Shown here: positions 59,742 to 60,043 of the stretch, piece after piece
Numbering within the stretch: the first letter of the stretch is position 1
Layout: each line of letters starts with the position of its first letter
Virus record (IMG/VR): IMGVR_UViG_3300020050_007391
Span: 1 to 60,043 of that record
Source of the DNA: a virus
Direction: 5' to 3' (one strand)
DNA: 60,043 nucleotides
Notes under the pieces: model-generated
What the model saw: only the letters and a program-made list of their open reading frames with translations
What the model was told of the DNA's origin: nothing
Databases searched by the model: none
Program-made: the position numbers and the translations under genes

Positions 59742-60043
59742 TATACGCTCCTGTTGTTGGTGATATGGCCTGAATTGCATTGTCTGCTTGTTCGATTATG
59801 AACCGCATATCTGTTCTCATACCAAGTTCTAAACAAAGTCCGGCTTGCTTTTTTATGCACCTCAAAGCAAACAGGGCCTTCTCTAAATCACCCCCGCCAC
59901 AATCGCCAGTGAGGGCGGCGCGGATTGTGCTGATATGTTCAGCCTCTTTATCTGGTTCTGTAGCTTCATATTTTGAATGAAATACATCAAGGATACCGTT
60001 GAACCAGTCAAGAGCCTCCGCCGCATCCCCCGCTGGCTTTTGC
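59734..60043 (-). CDS. 3' part of the junction-spanning 149-aa ORF. It is the same gene as 1..244, and 59940..60043 duplicates 1..104.
   Basis: Hand translation is continuous from 244 down to 1, then from 59939 down to the TAA at 59734. Confidence 0.6.
   Translation of the reverse strand, partial: QKPAGDAAEALDWFNGILDVFHSKYEATEPDKEAEHISTIRAALTGDCGGGDLEKALFALRCIKKQAGLCLELGMRTDMRFIIEQADNAIQAISPTTGAYNV
59940..60043. repeat. Terminal direct repeat, copy 2, identical to 1..104.
   Basis: Exact identity to 1..104. Confidence 0.95.

Noticed and set aside
1-60043. The terminal 104-bp repeats as LTR/IS ends, or as the boundaries of an integrated element.
   Set aside because: The repeat is direct, lies inside a continuous ORF, and the whole window is phage genes with no host flanks. 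A circular-assembly overlap is the simpler explanation.
1-60043. A diversity-generating retroelement, a retron or another RT-based system; also a tyrosine integrase, ParAB, a CI repressor, or toxin-antitoxin pairs.
   Set aside because: No translation in the ORF track shows reverse-transcriptase (YxDD), tyrosine-recombinase (R..H..R..Y), Walker-type ParA or recognisable toxin motifs. Absence judged by eye is not proof.

Overview
The window is one complete, circularly closed genome of a tailed dsDNA phage. Bases 1..104 are identical to 59940..60043, so the unit length is 59,939 bp, and a 149-codon ORF reads straight across that junction.

Gene order is P22-like on the + strand: small terminase, large terminase, portal, scaffold, N4-gp56-type major capsid protein, gp4-like adaptor, fibre and tailspike genes, gp10-like hub, needle, then ejection proteins. 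A lysis cassette sits between the fibre genes. It holds a holin candidate, an Amidase_2 endolysin and an overlapped i-/o-spanin pair.

There are four transcription blocks:
- a leftward early block, 3941 down through the junction to 58362
- a long rightward block, 4156..46841
- a leftward nuclease / DNA-metabolism block, 53464 down to 46937
- a rightward block, 53551..58190

The host is probably an alphaproteobacterium. This rests only on the style of the Csp, DUF1376 and W-x-P-I-E-T-A-P proteins and is a low-confidence inference.

The most striking feature is a single 14.7-kb ORF (28350..43073, about 4,900 aa) in the ejection-protein position. It carries these motifs in order: pyrophosphatase-like, GNAT-like, two HExxH, N6-adenine methyltransferase, SF2 helicase, ART-like, then C-terminal hydrophobic helices. 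I read it as a polyvalent injected counter-defence protein.

Other points worth follow-up:
- a 25-unit hexanucleotide (CCCGAC-type) array giving about 15 G4 tracts on the sense strand of the early operon
- a recurring CATTGC/GCAATG palindrome at four regulatory gaps
- a roughly 420-nt hairpin-rich non-coding gap upstream of a csp operon
- a small serine recombinase with repeated GTCAAC sites upstream
- three fibre/spike proteins sharing one N-terminal module
- a paralogous gene pair in an unassigned late cluster
- an early cluster with two different three-Cys proteins plus an ASCH protein

I recognised no tRNA, rRNA, CRISPR array, reverse transcriptase, tyrosine integrase, partition genes or CI-type repressor. 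All function calls come from reading motifs by eye; no searches were run.
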